Shown: piece by piece, positions 60,149 to 64,000 of the stretch | Layout of the letters: the number at the start of each line of letters is the position of its first letter | Position numbering within the stretch: the first letter of the stretch is position 1 | Assembly: GCA_016928025.1 (NCBI GenBank) | Contig: JAFGLN010000014.1 | Span: forward strand, 65,391-129,390 | DNA length: 64,000 bases | Origin: Deltaproteobacteria bacterium | GTDB taxonomy: Bacteria > Desulfobacterota > Syntrophia > Syntrophales > JAFGHS01 | Direction of reading: 5' to 3' | Translations under genes and position numbers: made by a program | Notes under the pieces: model-generated | The model's database searches: none | Told to the model about the DNA's origin: nothing | The model's input: the letters and a program-made list of their open reading frames with translations, nothing else

Positions 60149-61144
60149 TTATTCTTCATATCCGCGGGTCAGGTAAAAAACGGCCATATCGAAAAAAATG
60201 GTCATGCGCCGTTGCAGTTCATAGGTCATGTAAAATTCTACATTTCTTCCTTTGGCATCCGGAGCGAGCGACGATTCCCAGATATGCTTGCGGATAAGGC
60301 TTAAAGCACTCAAGGTCTGGCTGATCCTGAAACCTTCCCGTTTCCTCTCCCGGCCGAGTTTCGTGAAAAAATTCCTGATCCGGTCAACGTCATAAAGGCC
60401 GCTCAGCCAGAGAGAGATCTGGGAAAGAATCTTGTCGCAGATATTGTAGAGAACCGTCTGCTCAACTTTACGGTATTCCAGGGTGGAGGCGGCGACCGCC
60501 ACATCCGCGAGCCACCGGTCGATAATCTTGTCCTTGTTTCTCATGATGAAATCGATCAGGCGGCGCGTGAGAACATTCGGTTTTGCGCCGCCGGCCGGTG
60601 GTTGTTTATCTTCCCGTTCGATGGCGTCGAATATGGCCCAGTGGTCTCTTTTACTTTTGATATAGGTCTCGACGGCATGGGCATTCGGACGAAAAGCCAG
60701 GGCCGGCAGTTTATGGATGGGCCAGAACCGGGCCAAATCGCTGTCATCTCCTGCCATCAGCTTTCCGCTGACCTGTTCCACGACAAAAGTCAAAAACAGC
60801 AGATCGCCGTAAAAACGACTCTTGTAGGAATCCACATCCAGCAGTTTGACGATGCGCCCCTTGATGCCCGTTTCTTCTCTCAGTTCACGCAAAGCCGCTT
60901 CTTCAATGCCTTCTCCCGTTTCGGCAAAACCCGTCGGCAAACACCAATAGCCCTTGTAAGGGTGCCGGTTGCGCTTGACCAAGAGGATTTCCCGGGAAAT
61001 TTCCAGAATCGAGGCCACGACGGGGAGAGGGTTTTCATAGAAAAAAGACCGGCAGGCGGGACAATAATCCCGTGGCACCCCGTCTTCCTCTTTTTTGATG
61101 ATGATCTCTCCGCAGTAATGGCAATGTCGGCGCTCTTTTTTCAT
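60149..61144 (-). CDS. zinc-ribbon + NUDIX hydrolase fused to a C-terminal helical domain of about 150 aa with unknown function
   Basis: The zinc ribbon is 'CHYCGE...CPACRS' and the Nudix box is 'GFAETGEGIEEAALRELREETGI'. The C-terminal half is unassigned. Its ATG overlaps the stop of the upstream methyltransferase (ATGA at 61144-61141). Confidence 0.8.
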   Translation of the reverse strand: MKKERRHCHYCGEIIIKKEEDGVPRDYCPACRSFFYENPLPVVASILEISREILLVKRNRHPYKGYWCLPTGFAETGEGIEEAALRELREETGIKGRIVKLLDVDSYKSRFYGDLLFLTFVVEQVSGKLMAGDDSDLARFWPIHKLPALAFRPNAHAVETYIKSKRDHWAIFDAIEREDKQPPAGGAKPNVLTRRLIDFIMRNKDKIIDRWLADVAVAASTLEYRKVEQTVLYNICDKILSQISLWLSGLYDVDRIRNFFTKLGRERKREGFRISQTLSALSLIRKHIWESSLAPDAKGRNVEFYMTYELQRRMTIFFDMAVFYLTRGYEE

Positions 61145-62019
61145 GATTGTCCTCCGACCGCAGACGGCTTCACCGGTTGGGAACAGATAAAAATACGATC
61201 GTTTTTGCTCATGATGATCTTTTTGTCCTTTGCCGCCTCATCGGCCAGGGCTTCAGAAAGCTGCGAAACGATGTCCTTCCTCTCTGCCTCCGTCCCCACA
61301 AGAAAGAAAGATTTCTTGAAGTGGAAATATTGCATAAAATAATCGATTTCCTGTGGTTCAAAGATCAATTGATTCTTAAAATCCGTGCTCTTGATGCTGT
61401 GAAAATAAGGCCGCAGCTGTTTTTTGCCGTTTTCCGCAGAAAATCGGCCGACAACAATTTCTATAGGCAAAACCTGTTGATCATCCAGCAAAGCGTTTTG
61501 TTTGAGGATTTTTTTTGTCAGGGTAATCAATTCCTGCATATCATGGCGGGAATGGGTGATGGTGATAAAAATACCGTCCTCGCGCAGGATCCGCGGGATC
61601 TCGGCAATAACATGGGGGAAAAAATACAGGGCATAGCTGCATAAAACCAGGTCGAAGGTATCCGATTCGTATTTTTTAATCTCCTCCACACCGCCCGCGG
61701 AAAATGTCCCTTCATAATCCGCACGCCGGCAGGCCTCCAGGAAATATTTTTTATATTCGTGAATAATATCAATACCCCTGATGTGGGCCGACTGGTGAAG
61801 CCGGCCTTTCAACGCCTCCGTGAAAGCACCGAATGCACAGCCCAGCTCCAGGATGTCCCGGCAGTTCGAAAAGTCATGCTTCCGAAAGGTCATGTGCCTG
61901 ATGTCGTCTTTATTGGTGGAGAATCGCCGAATTAATTGTTCGATCAATCGGTGTTTTTGGACATCCCGAAAAACCCGGCGAACATTTTCTCGATTGAAAA
62001 CATCCACGACATTCACCAT
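61141..62019 (-). CDS. class I SAM-dependent methyltransferase
   Basis: The protein is 292 aa. Motif I is 'ILELGCAFGAFTEAL', and 'DLVLCSYALYFF' and 'LREDGIFI' follow. Confidence 0.8.
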   Translation of the reverse strand: MVNVVDVFNRENVRRVFRDVQKHRLIEQLIRRFSTNKDDIRHMTFRKHDFSNCRDILELGCAFGAFTEALKGRLHQSAHIRGIDIIHEYKKYFLEACRRADYEGTFSAGGVEEIKKYESDTFDLVLCSYALYFFPHVIAEIPRILREDGIFITITHSRHDMQELITLTKKILKQNALLDDQQVLPIEIVVGRFSAENGKKQLRPYFHSIKSTDFKNQLIFEPQEIDYFMQYFHFKKSFFLVGTEAERKDIVSQLSEALADEAAKDKKIIMSKNDRIFICSQPVKPSAVGGQS

Positions 62020-62119
62020 GGCCTGACATAAAGAGTTTAAGAGCCGTCAATCGTAACAACAAATAGAGAATTAAGGTTTTGCCCCCCTGCCTTTGACAAT
62101 CACCATTCATGACTTCTTA

Positions 62120-62144
62120 GACCTTGAACCTTGGACCTTGGTCC
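62120..62144. repeat. family D CCTTGAACC-type short repeat
   Basis: The sequence gaccttgaaccttggaccttggtcc lies just downstream of the corA stop. Confidence 0.55.
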
Positions 62145-62159
62145 TTTCTCCTCTTTTCA

Positions 62160-63227
62160 TTACCACTTTTTCTTGTAAAAAAAGATCACCATAAGAAAGG
62201 CAACAACCAGCATGATGCCCCAAACGCCAAAATAGCCCCAGGGCCATTCCAGCTCCGGCATATACTTAAAGTTCATCCCGTAGACCCCGGCGATGAACGT
62301 CAGGGGAATGAAGATGGTGGCAATAATGGTCAGGGTTTTCATGACCGTGTTCATTTTGTTGCTGACGCTGGACAGATAAATGTCCAGCAGACCGGAGAGC
62401 ATATCCCGCAGCGTTTCGATGTTGTCGATTACCTGGATGGTATGGTCGTAAACATCCTTAAAATAGGCGATCGTCCCGTCCTGAATGAGGGGCGATTCGG
62501 ACCTTGCCAGGCTGCTGATGGTTTCCCGCAAAGGCCAAACCGACCGGCGCAGGAAGATCATTTCCCGCTTGAAATCCTGAATGGCCTGCAGAGTGTCCGG
62601 TCCGGGATTTTTCAGCGATGCCTCCTCCATACGTTCCGCCTTTTCTCCAAACGCTTCGAGGACGATAAAATAATGATCCACGACGGCATCGATGATGGCA
62701 TAGGCCAAGTAATCCGGTCCGGCCTTTCTGATTCTGCCGATTCCCGCTTCCAGTCTGGTTCTGATCGGTTTCAGAACGGTGTTTTCCTTTTCCAGAATGG
62801 AAAAAACATAGTTGCCGCCGATGATAATGCTGATCTGTTCGGAAACGACCTTTAAGCTTTCTCCCTTCTGTTCGTTGAAGATTTTCAGGACGGTATAGAT
62901 ATACTCGCCCAGGTCCTCCATCTTCGGACGCTGATCGGAATTCAGGATATCCTCCAGGATCAGGGGGTGAGTGCCGAATATCATTCCGATTTCTTCAATT
63001 TTTTTAACATCATGAATACCCTCGATATTAATCCACGTCACTGTGTCCGGCCGTTCCAGGAAGGGGCGGCACTCCTCAATCGATTTGATTTCCTTTTTTT
63101 CCAGGCGTTCTTCCGAGTAATTAATCACCTCCATCCGGACTTCTTTGGCCAACCGATCACCGATATGGACAAAAGTACCGGGGGGGAGCCCCGCTTTTTG
63201 GGACCTCTTCTTAAATTGCTGAACCAT
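62160..63227 (-). CDS. corA: magnesium/cobalt transporter CorA
   Basis: The protein is 355 aa, with the C-terminal signature 'YGMNFKYMPELEW' between two TM helices. Confidence 0.92.
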   Translation of the reverse strand: MVQQFKKRSQKAGLPPGTFVHIGDRLAKEVRMEVINYSEERLEKKEIKSIEECRPFLERPDTVTWINIEGIHDVKKIEEIGMIFGTHPLILEDILNSDQRPKMEDLGEYIYTVLKIFNEQKGESLKVVSEQISIIIGGNYVFSILEKENTVLKPIRTRLEAGIGRIRKAGPDYLAYAIIDAVVDHYFIVLEAFGEKAERMEEASLKNPGPDTLQAIQDFKREMIFLRRSVWPLRETISSLARSESPLIQDGTIAYFKDVYDHTIQVIDNIETLRDMLSGLLDIYLSSVSNKMNTVMKTLTIIATIFIPLTFIAGVYGMNFKYMPELEWPWGYFGVWGIMLVVAFLMVIFFYKKKW

Positions 63228-63282
63228 ATGCTTTTATCCCTGCCTTCGTTTCTGGAGGAAAGTGATTCATTGCGACCTTCAT

Positions 63283-64000
63283 TCAACCCATTATCCCTGT
63301 GCCGCCGAGCTCTTCCCATAACAGGCGGAACTCCCGCCGATAGTCGTTCCGGATGCCCATATCGACATCAAAAACCATGGTGGCCCTCTTTTCTAAATCG
63401 TAGGCCGGCCAATGGGGCGTAAGGGCGGAGTCGGGTATGCCGGTCTTGGCAAAGCCCGTCCACACGGCCGCAAACCGGTCTACCATTAATTTCCCCTCAC
63501 TGTTGCCGATGTCGTTAATAGGCCCCCGATAGTCGTGGACGGCCGCGCCGACATCCACGCCGTGAACGGCGCCGAATTTGCCGTCGTACGCTTTGACCGG
63601 CCATTCCCACAAATAATAATAAACGGGTGCCCCGCCCTGAACGGCTTTCAATTCCGTTTGTTTGATGGCATTGTAACGGAAGCCGCGGTCCGTGGCGATG
63701 CGCGCCTGAATTAAAAACGGTGAGACCTTCGGATAGGTGTCCCGGTAGAGCTGATAAACCCGGTCGGCATTACCGGCAAACTGGCTGTCGCAATACTGTT
63801 TGAGTTCTCCTTCGGTTAGATTGAAATTTATCAGGGCGATGGCCGCATCGTCAAGGGTCGTTCCGATGATAACGGGCACGTCCGCCGATTCCGGCGGCGC
63901 CACCGGATCAAAGGGGTGATGCGGCAGGATCTCATTGCCGATCACAGGCGCGAATCGCATGGCCATGAGGCCCAAAGCGGTTTGGCCGGCTAAGATTTGT
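63283..64000 (-). CDS. carboxylesterase (type B)-like protein, C-terminal part (gene continues beyond the window)
   Basis: The reading frame is open to the window edge. The C-terminal region 'PVIIGTTLDDAA...YYYLWEWP...GAVHGVDV' resembles the para-nitrobenzyl-esterase family. Confidence 0.65.
   Translation of the reverse strand, partial: QILAGQTALGLMAMRFAPVIGNEILPHHPFDPVAPPESADVPVIIGTTLDDAAIALINFNLTEGELKQYCDSQFAGNADRVYQLYRDTYPKVSPFLIQARIATDRGFRYNAIKQTELKAVQGGAPVYYYLWEWPVKAYDGKFGAVHGVDVGAAVHDYRGPINDIGNSEGKLMVDRFAAVWTGFAKTGIPDSALTPHWPAYDLEKRATMVFDVDMGIRNDYRREFRLLWEELGGTGIMG

Noticed and set aside
1-64000. I searched the whole window for tRNA, rRNA, tmRNA, RNase P, transposase, integrase, phage, toxin-antitoxin, restriction-modification and cas genes.
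   Set aside because: Scanning intergenic regions and ORF translations by eye revealed none. I saw no T-loop GGTTCGAATCC-type motifs in non-coding DNA and no DDE, tyrosine-recombinase or Cas signatures. A computational scan with tRNAscan-SE, Infernal and ISfinder would be needed to be certain.

Overview
This 64-kb window looks like chromosomal DNA from a moderately GC-rich anaerobic Gram-negative bacterium. The gene content and the intergenic repeat families suggest a Deltaproteobacteria/Thermodesulfobacteriota, Syntrophales-like organism, but that is inference only. I support about 55 protein-coding genes. They include peptide ABC permeases, two acyl-CoA ligases, ilvD, rnc, a split mtaB, gcvPB, an AT-rich envelope-glycan cluster, an iorAB-TRAP operon, paaK, a single-chain biotin carboxylase, two PEP-CTERM proteins, mtaD, msrAB and corA. 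I saw no rRNA, tRNA, CRISPR array, transposase or integrase. The most interesting signal is a 25-codon leader ORF with three consecutive Trp codons (MKLTEKYILNCWWWRRLNKRERLVL). It is followed by a perfect intrinsic terminator and sits immediately upstream of the indolepyruvate:ferredoxin oxidoreductase (iorAB)-TRAP transporter operon, so it is a putative Trp-responsive attenuator. Other notable points follow. (1) mtaB is split in its inter-domain linker by a tandem array of five palindromic repeat units, which carries homopolymer tracts, a U_UUA_AAA slippery site and a restart Shine-Dalgarno sequence. (2) A visibly AT-rich island of about 9 kb holds GtrA, an FAD oxidoreductase, a sulfatase-like transferase, two tandem paralogous polytopic membrane proteins and GalE. 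(3) At least four dispersed intergenic repeat families are present, and two of them fill the intercistronic gaps of the ior operon. (4) An alpha/beta hydrolase is frameshifted at a homopolymer. All coordinates of small features were derived by hand from the sequence. Functional calls come from motif recognition in the supplied translations, not from database searches.
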